Positions 27,201 to 38,287 of a stretch of 64,000 nt of DNA are shown piece after piece. Made by a program: the position numbers and the translations under genes. Below the pieces are notes generated by a model. That model saw only the letters and a list, made by a program, of their open reading frames with translations, made no database searches and had not been told where the DNA came from. Position 1 is the stretch's first letter, and the number at the start of each line of letters is the position of its first letter. Source of the DNA: Eledone cirrhosa (lineage: Eukaryota); contig OZ024740.1 of the NCBI GenBank assembly GCA_964016885.1, positions 118,482,001 through 118,546,000 on the forward strand, written 5' to 3'.

Positions 27201-27440
27201 TTAGATTAATTCACTATTTCTAACTAACATAAAGATTCGAAATTTAACGGGCATCCGGATGCGCTAGGATATATATATTTGATTAATTGACTATTTCTAA
27301 TTAACTTAAGGATTCGAAAATAAACCGTCATATAACTACACCCAGATATGTATTTGATATTTTGATTAATTGACTATTTCTAAATAATTTAAGGATTCGA
27401 AATTAATCGTTCACCAAGCTATGCCCAAATATATATTTAT
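27201..27440 (+). repeat. Three diverged tandem units of about 80 bp
   Basis: gattaatt.actatttctaa.taa..taa.gattcgaaa at about 27204, 27281 and 27364. Confidence 0.8.
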
Positions 27441-27905
27441 AAATATATTTTTACATCATCTAATTATACGCTGTTTATCCATGACAATACAAGTTTCCCT
27501 CCCTGTGTTTTATACTATGACATTTTTTTCTCCTCTTCTCTCTATCCTTAATCAATATTCTTTTGCTTTCGTGCATATGATAATTCTATATTTCTAGTCA
27601 TTCTCTCTTTCCTCATCTGATTCTCTCTCTGTCTTTCACTTCCTCTTTCTAAAATAATGTGTAATCCATATATTACTTTATTTAAATTATTTAAATTTCT
27701 AACAGTTATGTAGGTTTATATTATATTAGTAGTTATTTATTATTATGTATCTTTATGAGCTTTCTCACACGCACGCTCTGTATTATATGTAATTTTTTCA
27801 TGTTTCAATCTTAAGGTATATAAATATTGAATTTTGTCATAACTTATTCACTGCCATGATTGAATTTTAACCATGAACATAGTCAAGGTATGTCAAGGAT
27901 CATCT

Positions 27906-27972
27906 TATTTTATCTGATGAGGACGTACTGTTGAAAATAGCTCAGTACCTCTGAAATATGTATAATAAAATA
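27906..27972 (+). ncRNA. Type I hammerhead (family E)
   Basis: TATTTTAT-CTGATGA-ggacGTACTG..CAGTACctct-GAAA-TATGTA-TA-ATAAAATA, with a perfect 8-bp stem I. Confidence 0.85.
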
Positions 27973-28013
27973 TACTTGATTACACGAATGTCTATATTTG
28001 TTAATATTTTGAA

Positions 28014-28103
<90 letters not shown>

Positions 28104-28168
28104 GATATACACATACATATATATATACCCATATACACATATATATACATATATATACATACACATAA

Positions 28169-28214
<46 letters not shown>

Positions 28215-28721
28215 ATTTATATATATATATATATATATATTGGTAAACGGAATAGAAAATGCTGACAAATTGTTCACAGTTGAAAAATGGTTTAATTAGG
28301 AATAAAAGAGTATTAGTGATTGTATGGGTTAGTATTCAGATGTGGTTTTAAGTTTTTAAGTTTTTACCGGTTGCGCATTTCTAAATGCTTTTCAAAAATA
28401 ATTTTGAGATAGTATTTTTTTAACATAAAAACAGGTAGAATTCCCAAAACTAATCAGATCAGAGCAAACAGCACGGACACTCTATCTCAAAATTATTTTT
28501 GAAAAGCATTTAGAAATGCGCAACCGGTAAAAACTTAAAAACTTAAAACCACATCTGAATACTAACCCATACATTCACTAATACTCTTTTATTCCTAATT
28601 AAACCATTTTTCAACTGTGAACAATTTGTCAGCATTTTCTATTCCGTTTACCAATATATAATAACTTGTGTGTTACACCTCTATTCTTTTAACTATCATA
28701 TCCTCACACGAGATACAGAAA

Positions 28722-30032
28722 ATGCCAACAAAATCGGATACAACCCTCATCAACTTAAATGAAGAGATCCTACAGGAACTCAAGAAAATCAACACCAACC
28801 TATCTTTGCTGGTCGACAAACTTGACTCCACAAATAAGGAAACCGCCACCGGATACAAACCCTCCGAAATCGGCGACATACTCCAAAACCTTTGCGATAC
28901 TATCCAAACTATGTTCACTACTACCAACCCAGGAAAAACCAACGAAGAACCATGTGAGATTGATTCACACAAAATGAAAATTCGAACAATTCCAAAATGG
29001 AACAAATCCCTCAGAGACAGAAAGTTCTCATTCTGGAAGATGATACAAAATCACAACAAAGCAGAGATATATGAAAAATGGCTTAACTCAACCCCTCTAA
29101 CTCTCCCCCGTAAACTACAAATAAAGTCCATTCCAAATGAACCCGAACCTCAAAGACACCTTAGGGAAAGAATGGCATTGGAAAAAATGAAGACAGAAAT
29201 TGAACTTCTTAAACTGAGGGCCCAGACAAATGAGGAAAAAATCAAAACCATCGATGAAGAGATCCTCCTGGAAATCAACAACAAAACTGAAGGCCCCAAG
29301 GTAGAGAAGATCTCCAAATTATGGAAAGGGGACTGCAACAGAGAAGAACTGAAATCCCTTCAACGCTGGGAAAAAAGTGCCGCTTGGTTCCTACACTATG
29401 AATCGACTTTTTAAACGGATTACACCTCCAATAACCCGTTCATAAAAATAGGAAAACCCATAACTGAACCGCACAACAACTTCTCAAACCCCCAAGCCAC
29501 AAACAAACGAAGAAGGAAGCACCACACCGAAGATGAACTTCCCAACCTCGCTACCATAAGAAGGAACAAAAACCCAAGAAATCATCTCCCCCAGAATGAC
29601 ATTTACAACTTTCCCCCTTCAAGGAGACACCATACCAAATCACTCAACTACTACGCGGATTCCTCATCGTCAAACATAGGGAAAAGATACCACCGCCATG
29701 ATAGATGCAACAACTTCCCCGCCTCAAGGGGACAGCAAGGTAATTACCATTTTCTCAACTCTCACTTCCACAATACACAACAAACCCACACCACACGATA
29801 CAACCAACAACGTAGGCCACTTATAACACCACAATACAACATGGCACATAGAAACACACACCCATACTCGCAGTACAGGAACACCCCATTCAATCTACAA
29901 CCACCAACCCGAACCACATTTTACAACAACAAGGAATATAACAAACACAGGAGACCACTTAACATCAGCAGACAACCCCTCTACCCCAACCATTTTTTAG
30001 ACACAGCACACAGATACAGGCAAACAAAATAA
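28722..30032 (+). pseudogene. ORF1 of family F (charged helical N-half, N/H/R/Q-rich C-half), one internal TAA at 29412
   Basis: ORFs 28668-29414 and 29841-30032 share one frame, which stays open between them. Confidence 0.7.
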
Positions 30033-30167
30033 CACAAGACGGAGGAGAAACCGATAGTAATAAAAATTATCAATCTTACTAGTGCAGAACCAACACCCAA
30101 CCTTATCAACTTACTCTCCAAAGGTCTTAAATTCACACCGACCCCACTACGTCCTAACTACTATGAA

Positions 30168-32315
30168 ATGAAGGAAGACATCACAGACTTCTGTAGAAAG
30201 TTACGACTTAGTGAACAACTATTCGACCAGTACAATGAGGATGAATCATTAGCCAGAAATAGAAGCAATTACACCCCTTCAAAAGGTAGAAATAAAATCC
30301 TGGACGAATTCTGTGAACACATCACAAACTTCCCTTACCAACACTTGCACAGACAAAAACACAAGCCAAACCTCAACAAGAAAGAATGGGAAGAATTAAA
30401 TAGATTAAAAACCGACAGAACCATTACAATTAAAGAGGCTGATAAAGGGAGTACAGTAGTCCTAATGGAGACAGAATTCTATATCAACTTAGCGCTCTCC
30501 ACTTTGGAAAACGAAACATACTACGAAAAGGCTGAACACTACAATCAACAGAAAATTATGAGAAACCTAAAAACTCTAATCAACCAATACAAAGAAGGAC
30601 TCACTAACAAGGAATTCAGCTTCATCACAGACTTCACAAGTAAATCCAGCCTTTTCTACGGTATCCCTAAAGTACATAAAAGCGAATCAATCAGTAAGGC
30701 ATGCAAGGAAGCCACAGACATAGTCATCAATGTCCCCTCACCCAATGATCTCAAATTAAGACCTATAATAGCAGGCCCCGCTTGCGAAACGCACCGTCTT
30801 AGCAACTTCATTGATACCCTTCTCAAACCCTTCCTTAAGCACATCAAAAGCTATATAAGGGACGACCTAGATATGCTCAATCACCTCCCTAATATGCCAC
30901 TTTCTGAACAAACCCTACTAGTGACGTTCGATGTAGTCAACCTATACTCCAACATCCCCCACAACCTAGGAATAGAAGCTATCCAATTCTGGCTGGATAA
31001 CTTCCACAATGAACTCCCACAACGCATCAAAAAAGAATTCGTGATAGAGGGACTCAAATTTATCTTGGAGAACAATTACTTCGTTTTCAATAACAAACCC
31101 TACAGGCAGAAATCTGGGACCGCTATGGGAACGAAAACAGCCCCTACGTATGCCAACCTAGTCATGGGATACCTGGAAATCACCCTCTACACTAAAGTCC
31201 TAAACAAATTTGGAAACACCCTCCACTTACACATTGAAAGCAACTGGAAGCGATATCTTGATGACTGCTTCATCCTTTGGCACGAAAACATCGAAAAACT
31301 TAAAGAATTTCACACCCTTATAAATGGGCTCAACACAAATATTAACTTCACGATGGAATACAGCCATCAACAACTCCCCTTCCTCGACATCCTCATTAAG
31401 ATCCATAACAAAAAAATAGAAACAGACATATACTACAAGCCCACAGACTCCAAGCAATACCTCCCCTTCAACTCTTGCCACCCTAGACACGTTAAAATTA
31501 ATATTCCCTACAACTTAGCCAAGAGAATCTGTACTATAGTCTCCAATAAAAACATCTGCTACTTACGGCTACAAGAACTAAAGGACACACTCATAGGCAG
31601 GGACTACCCTGCATCACTAATTGACAATGGAATCCAACGTGCCCTAAAACTCAGTACCCAGGACCTTAGACACCCTAAAGTAAATCAACCAAAACTAAAA
31701 GCTCTTCCATACATCTCCACACACAACCCCCTCAACAACGAGGCCTTTGACACCATCCTCCAGAACATCCCTGTATTGAAAAAGGACCATAGAATGAACC
31801 AAATTCTACGAACACACGATATCATAAAGAGCAAAAGACAATCCAAGTCAATGAAAAACATCTTAACACATGCCAAAGTACTGCCAACCACAACAACGAA
31901 ACCCACAGTAAAAAAATGCGATAGACCCAACTGTGGCATTTGCATCAACCTAATAGAGGGTTCGGAATTCTATTTCAAAGATGGACAACGTTTTATAGTA
32001 AAACACAATTTCACATGTGCATCGGAAAATTTAATATATGTATTAACTTGTTCAGGTTGTCGAGAACAATACATAGGCCAGACCAAATACAGCCTCCGCC
32101 AACGCATGACTGTCCATAGATCCCAAATTAAAATACGGGAATACAGGAAAATACCACTGAGTGAACACATTGATACCTGCGCCGCCCAAAATCATCCCAA
32201 CTTCAGAATCTTTCCCCTCTACAAATTTAAAGATAATACCACCCACACCCAGCGCATCAGCAAGGAATCTTACTTCATTAACAAATACGGACCCCGTCTA
32301 AACACTTCTCCCTAA
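30168..32315 (+). CDS. PLE reverse transcriptase plus GIY-YIG endonuclease, uninterrupted (frame open from 30033)
   Basis: IKEADKGS, FYGIPKVHK, LRPIIAG, FDVVNLYSNIPH, GTAMGT, RYLDD, PFLD and LIY..C..C..QYIGQT motifs. Confidence 0.95.
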   Translation: MKEDITDFCRKLRLSEQLFDQYNEDESLARNRSNYTPSKGRNKILDEFCEHITNFPYQHLHRQKHKPNLNKKEWEELNRLKTDRTITIKEADKGSTVVLMETEFYINLALSTLENETYYEKAEHYNQQKIMRNLKTLINQYKEGLTNKEFSFITDFTSKSSLFYGIPKVHKSESISKACKEATDIVINVPSPNDLKLRPIIAGPACETHRLSNFIDTLLKPFLKHIKSYIRDDLDMLNHLPNMPLSEQTLLVTFDVVNLYSNIPHNLGIEAIQFWLDNFHNELPQRIKKEFVIEGLKFILENNYFVFNNKPYRQKSGTAMGTKTAPTYANLVMGYLEITLYTKVLNKFGNTLHLHIESNWKRYLDDCFILWHENIEKLKEFHTLINGLNTNINFTMEYSHQQLPFLDILIKIHNKKIETDIYYKPTDSKQYLPFNSCHPRHVKINIPYNLAKRICTIVSNKNICYLRLQELKDTLIGRDYPASLIDNGIQRALKLSTQDLRHPKVNQPKLKALPYISTHNPLNNEAFDTILQNIPVLKKDHRMNQILRTHDIIKSKRQSKSMKNILTHAKVLPTTTTKPTVKKCDRPNCGICINLIEGSEFYFKDGQRFIVKHNFTCASENLIYVLTCSGCREQYIGQTKYSLRQRMTVHRSQIKIREYRKIPLSEHIDTCAAQNHPNFRIFPLYKFKDNTTHTQRISKESYFINKYGPRLNTSP

Positions 32316-32497
32316 GACGAACCCACAACATACACACGTCAACATACATACCTACATCAGCACACATCTCTACCCACATATAAACACAATGACACACGTA
32401 AACACACATGCTCTATGGTGCAATACAAAAAAATATATGTGCATATATATGTATGTATATATGTATATATATATATATATATATATGTAGTGAAAAA

Positions 32498-32546
<49 letters not shown>

Positions 32547-32673
32547 GTGAATATCATTTCACACCTTTTATTGTTAAGATTGTTGATGTTCTATTAAGAG
32601 AACCGATTTTACTGAAAAAATCGAATAATGTACACCATTTTACCAGGGGGGAAAAAAATACTGGTCCACCCAC

Positions 32674-32712
<39 letters not shown>

Positions 32713-32937
32713 CACAAACACATACACACGCGTACATCAACATACAAAGAGACTTATACACACACACACACACACACGCACTTCTCCGTAAGCTGAAAAA
32801 TATCTTTTGACCTTCGAATGACTCTGCTGTGTGTATGTACGCACACACACACACACACACACACACTTATCTTAATAGCCATTTGACACACATCGCTGGT
32901 GGCTATTGTCGCAGCATCGAACACCTTACTACTACTA

Positions 32938-33025
<88 letters not shown>

Positions 33026-33346
33026 TTGTTGTGAAAGAGTCATTTCTCAATCTTGGCGCAAAACCAATTTTTTATCCACATGACCTCTACCGACCAATCA
33101 AAATTGTTTTGACCATAATTTTTGCTGGAGCCACTTTTCTAACATTTTAACATAAAAACAGTCTTGGCGCAAAATCAACTTTTTACATTCACATGACCTC
33201 TACCGACCAATCAAAATTGTTTTGACCACAAGCATTTTTGCAACACAAAAATAACGCTGGAGCCATTTTTTTAACATAAAAACAGGTAGAATTCCCAAAA
33301 CTAATCAGATCAGAGCAAACAGCACGGACACTCTATCTCAAAATTA

Positions 33347-33383
33347 TTTTTGAAAAGCATTTAGAAATGCGCAACCGGTAAAA
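33347..33383 (+). ncRNA. Variant hammerhead-like fold in family F pLTR; copies at about 21421, 21679, 28496 (+) and 18774, 28362 (-)
   Basis: ttt-TTGAAAA-GCATT taga AATGC-GCAA-CCGG-TA-aaa. Confidence 0.5.
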
Positions 33384-33677
33384 ACTTAAAAACTTAAAAC
33401 CACATCTGAATACTAACCCATACAATCACTAATACTCTTTTATTCCTAATTAAACCATTTTTCAACTGTGAACAATTTGTCAGCATTTTCTATTCCGTTT
33501 ACCAATATATAATAACTTGTGTGTTACACCTCTATTCTTTTAACTATATATATATATATATACATATACACATATATATACATATATATACACAGACACA
33601 CACACATATATATATATATATACACACATACATACAAATATACACATATACACACACATATATATATATACATATAC

Positions 33678-33755
<78 letters not shown>

Positions 33756-33939
33756 AAGTATATATACATACAAACATACATACACGTACATACATACACA
33801 CATATACACATATACATGTATATATATACACACACAAACATACACATACATACCGATATGCAGGTACATATAAACGCACGTACACACAAACACATACGCA
33901 TACATACGTACGGCCACTCATACACATACGTACATACAT

Positions 33940-34645
33940 GTACTCATAAATATCCACATATACACAGACACATATATACATCTCTACATGCAGAAAGAGC
34001 AGATAGGTAAGAAGCACTTACATAATCATAGTGCTGTGTCTTGTGTCGAGAGGGGGGGGGGGGGTAGAGGGGATATGTTGTCGGCTGGATTTTAAAAAAA
34101 AAAGGGAAATCTTTTTTAGCCATCTAGCATTAACACTGGCTTACGGTATTTGAAAGCTGCAAAGTTTTTGTGCATGCAATTCGGGCAGTGTTCGGAGAGT
34201 TTGTTCAGTAGCGGGCCCTTGGCGAATAATATTTCGTAGCTCTCTGAGATACAAAGGTCGCAGCACTTGTGTCCTCCGTTGTATGAGCGCGCTTTCTGGA
34301 GTATTTCAGGTCCCAAACATAGGAGGCGAATGTTGTCTGAATTGATTTGTCCGGTCTTTGAAGGAGTGGGTATGGGCATACCACCGGGTCTTAAAATTAT
34401 TGGAAGTCATGCAGATGTAAGTCTTTTTGTTGTTGCTATCATCAGTGCCTGAGATGACATCACATTTGTATACAAGGTCATTTGTCAGGCATTTATTTTC
34501 AAGTGGGCAGACTTCCTTCTTTAAATAGTTGCACAAGGCTTCAGTCCGGGGATTGGGTTAGGAGGTTGTTGCCTTATTTAATTTTTTAGAATTGAGATTA
34601 GCTATATTCCTAGCTAGGTTAGGTGTAGTGGAGTATCCAATTTGA
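33940..34645 (-). mobile_element. PLE GIY-YIG 3' fragment; homolog at 59800-60130
   Basis: CPLENKCLTNDLVYKC..TYICMT..FKTRWYAH and CDLCISESYEI..LLNKLSE motifs. The 3' UTR is shared with 59800-59900. Confidence 0.85.
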
Positions 34646-34814
34646 ACTTGTTTATAGAATTCTTTCTGCCTTTGTCACTCTAAATATAAATTATAGCTTT
34701 AAAGAATTAGCTTTTAATGAATTCCCTTTTCTATCAACCAATGACCTCTACCCAACCCACTCCCTACCCTCTCCTACCACCTGAAGAGACCTATAAATAC
34801 CATAAAGGCAGACA

Positions 34815-36110
34815 ATTTCTGTCAACAAATTACTGGCGAAACATCTCTTTGGGTTTGTACGTGTGTTATATAGTTATAGAGGTATTTATTTATGCTTTAA
34901 TTTATATTTTTAATTATCGTGTCTATAGTCTGCCTTTCATAGGTTATAGATTCCATACACTGGTGGTTTTTTCCCTGATTTATTGATAGCACACTGTATA
35001 TCTCTCTCTGGTGTGTTACCTTTTCAACATATTGTATTTTAAAGAGCTCAGGATTTCTTCTCCTTTGAGCACATAACTTACAGGGAATTGTGAGGGCCTA
35101 TGGCTCCGTTAATTTATCGTGATATTTCGCTCCTTATAACAGTCTTTCCTATCTCTCTGTTTGGTTGAGCACTCTTCTCTGAGTGGTTTTGGGCTGCCCT
35201 TACTAGGAGCTCGTCCCTCAGAGGCCACTGGTTCACTGCCCTTAAACACGCTGTGACTTCTCTCTCCCACGTGTAGCTGGACAGTCACTTTTAAAATTCT
35301 CTTAGTGTTGTCTGAAATGTATAGCCTACACACGCTGATGAACCGAGTTATTCCATTTCTGTCAACAAATTACTGGCGAAACATCTCTTTGTATTTGTAC
35401 GTGTGTTATATAGTTATAGAGGTATTTATTTACGCTTTAATTTATATTTTTAATTATCGTGTCTATAGTCTGCCTTTCATAGGTTATAGATTCCATACAC
35501 TGGTGGTTTTTTACCCTGTTTTATTGATAGCGCACTGTATATCTCTCTCTGGTGTGTTACCTGTTGAACATATTGTATTTTAAAGAGCTCAGGATTTCTT
35601 CTCCTTTGAGCACATAATTTACCGGGAATTGTGGGGGCTTATGGCTCCGTTAATTTATCGTGATATTTCGCTCCTTATAACAGTGTTTCCTATCTTTCTG
35701 TTTGGTTGAGCACACTTCTCTGAGTGGTTTTGGGCTGCCCTTTCTAGCAGCTCGTCCCTCAGAGGCCACTGGTTCACTGCCCTTAAACACGCTGTGACTT
35801 CTCTCTCCCACGTGTAGCTGGACAGTCACTTTTAAAATTCTCTTAGTGTTGTCTGAAATGTATAGCCTTACACACGCTGATGAACCGAGTTATTCCATTT
35901 CTGTCAACAAATTACTGGCGAAACATCTCTTTGGATTTGTACGTGTGTTATGTAGTTATAGAGGTATTTATTTACGCTTTAATTTATATTTTTAATTATC
36001 GTGTCTATATTCTGCCTTTCATAGGTTATAGATTCCATACACTGGTGGTTTTTTCCCTGTTTTATTGATAGCGCACTGTATATCTATCTCTGGTGTGTTA
36101 CCTTTTCAAC

Positions 36111-36115
<5 letters not shown>
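34815..36115 (+). repeat. HHR-bearing non-coding tandem repeat, about 2.4 x 540-542 bp
   Basis: Unit starts at 34815, 35355 and 35897, highly similar to each other. Confidence 0.95.
35328..35406 (+). ncRNA. Type I hammerhead; second copy at 35870-35948
   Basis: ACACACG-CTGATGA-aCCgAGT..ACTGGc-GAAA-CA..TG-TA-CGTGTGT. Confidence 0.85.
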
Positions 36116-36176
<61 letters not shown>

Positions 36177-36242
36177 AATATATATATGTATACATATACA
36201 TATATACATACATATACATATATATATATATATGGAAAAGAA

Positions 36243-36765
36243 TGTATACGTACATACATACATGTATACAGACGTACAGTGGTATGTATATATATACATA
36301 CATGCACACATATATACATGTGCCCATACGTACATGTATATATGTACTTATATTTAAGTATCAGCCGTACTAAGAGTGAGAAATGAAATTTCGTTTCATT
36401 CTTTTCCATTTATCGTTTTCGGTACGCTCGACCGATTATCTCACTCGATATGCAAATTAGGCTTGTCAGCCGTTAATATGCATAAGGAGGGTATATACTT
36501 TCAAACGTTCAATCATTTGAGAGGAAGGTATACGATGCTGACGATAGCTAATAAGCTTGAAACTAGTTCATCGTTCCTTTGTCAGTGTTGAACAAAAGAG
36601 CGACGATGGTTGCCGAACATAGTACGGCGTAATTCGGGCTGTTTGTTTACAAAGAAACCGAACATTATAATAAATGTTCGCTGAACCCATACGTACATGT
36701 ATATATGTGTGCATGTATGTATATATATACATATTACTGTACGTCTGTATACATATATATATATA
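36243..36765 (+). repeat. Diverged single copy of the about 475-bp HHR unit with short inverted 5' piece
   Basis: Reverse-complement homology to 58296-58773. Confidence 0.8.
36532..36574 (+). ncRNA. Minimal type I hammerhead
   Basis: ACGATG-CTGACGA-tAGCT aata AGCTt-GAAA-CTAG-TT-CATCGT. Confidence 0.85.
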
Positions 36766-37074
36766 TGTATACATATAATATATACATATATACATATACA
36801 TATATATACTTATATATATATATATATACATACTCTTTTAGTCTTTTACCTGTTCCAGCAATCCGGTTGAGGCCATGCTGGGGCACCGCCCTTGTTGCTA
36901 CACATTTTATCACCAGCCTGTATTGATTGGCCACTGGTGTAAGAGGGAGTTCGTTGCTGCTGCCCTTAGGTTTCCCTCTTGCCTTGCTGTGGGCTCATCC
37001 GGGATCCTGGATAGCAAGTTGTCGAGATGTTTCTTGAAGACATCCACCACCACACCATATATATATATATATAT

Positions 37075-38287
37075 ACATCATCATCATCACCGTTTTACGT
37101 CCGTTCTTCCACGCTAGCATGGGTTAGACGGGTTGTCCTGTTGTGGGCATGACTTGCTCATACAGGAACTGATTTGGCTTGATTTCTACAGCTAAATGCC
37201 CTTCCTAACACCAACCTCATTTACAGTGAGTGCTGGATGCTTTTTCGTGGCGCCTACACGTCCACTTTACAGGGTGGGCTGGGTGCTTTTTTGCCGTGGC
37301 ACATCCACAACCACCTTGCGGTGGGAGAGTGTGGGAGCATATTGTCTATATGCTTCAGCTTGTACCCATGGGAGGTCGGGTACTCTGTATTACTGTGTGA
37401 CGCCAGAGGTCAAGGTCGTGTGTCATTGACTTTGAGAGGTTTAATTGTGTAAGGTCGGCTTTTATCACCTCATCCCAGGTCATCTTGTGTCTCCCCACTC
37501 CGCGGTTTCCATCGACTTCTAGTGCTCTGCACCTTTTTATGCAGCTGTCATCCTTTATACGCATCACATGTCCACACCAGCGCAACTGCCTCTCCTACAC
37601 ATAGCATTTGATTCCTCTTATGCTCAGTCTCTCTCTCAATTCATTTATGCTTTGTCATTCACGTATATTACTGTTACACATCCATCGGAGCATGCAGGCT
37701 TCGTTTCTCTCTAATCTACGTAAGTCTTCCACCTTCAGTGCCCAGGTTTCATTACCATGCAACATCGCTGTTCGGATAGACGCATCATACAGTCTGCTTT
37801 TCATTCTGAGGGAGAAGCTTTTGCAGCTAGCAGTGGTAGTAGTTCCCTAAACTTCTTCTATCCTGTTCTTACCCTAGTTTTTGTACTTTCTGAACACCGC
37901 TGCTAATTCGGTCACCTAGGTAGCAGAAGCTGTCTACTGTTTCTACAGAGCCCTCCCAGAGATTGGTGGTACTTGTTTCCTGTGGCTGTTTGCTGCTTGC
38001 TGTCCTAGCACAGCTGCTGCACGTGAAGCCTACATTCTTAATTAAGCTTCCTGAGATCCCGCTACATCTCTTGTGTACCCACTGTTTGCATTTGGGGCAG
38101 AGAATGGAGTTTCTACCTACACCTTTCCTACATACTGAGCAAGGCCATTTCCCTGAGGGGATCTGGGTTCTGGTTTCTCGTCTACTTACAAGGACCTTAG
38201 TTTTTGTCATGTTGACTTTGAGACCCTTTCTTTCTAGTCCCTGCTTCCAAGTTGTAATTTCTTCTCTAGTTCTACCATAGATTCAGC
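37075..38287 (-). mobile_element. RTE LINE 3' portion with 3' UTR and (GAT)n tail
   Basis: TKTKVLV..WPCSVCRKGVG, FCYLGDRI and RWCGHVMR motifs; tail cggacgtaaaacggtgatgatg. Confidence 0.9.

Larger units (their letters stand above)
28240..33547 (+). mobile_element. Near-complete two-ORF Penelope-like element (family F)
   Basis: Inverted pLTR piece 28240-28412, direct pLTRs 28414-28697 and 33266-33547, ORF1 and RT-EN ORF, (TA)n on both sides. Confidence 0.95.

Noticed and set aside
27201-27440. CRISPR-like conserved 40-mers with variable spacers
   Set aside because: Only three units, the spacers resemble each other, the context is eukaryotic and there are no cas genes. It is a diverged minisatellite.
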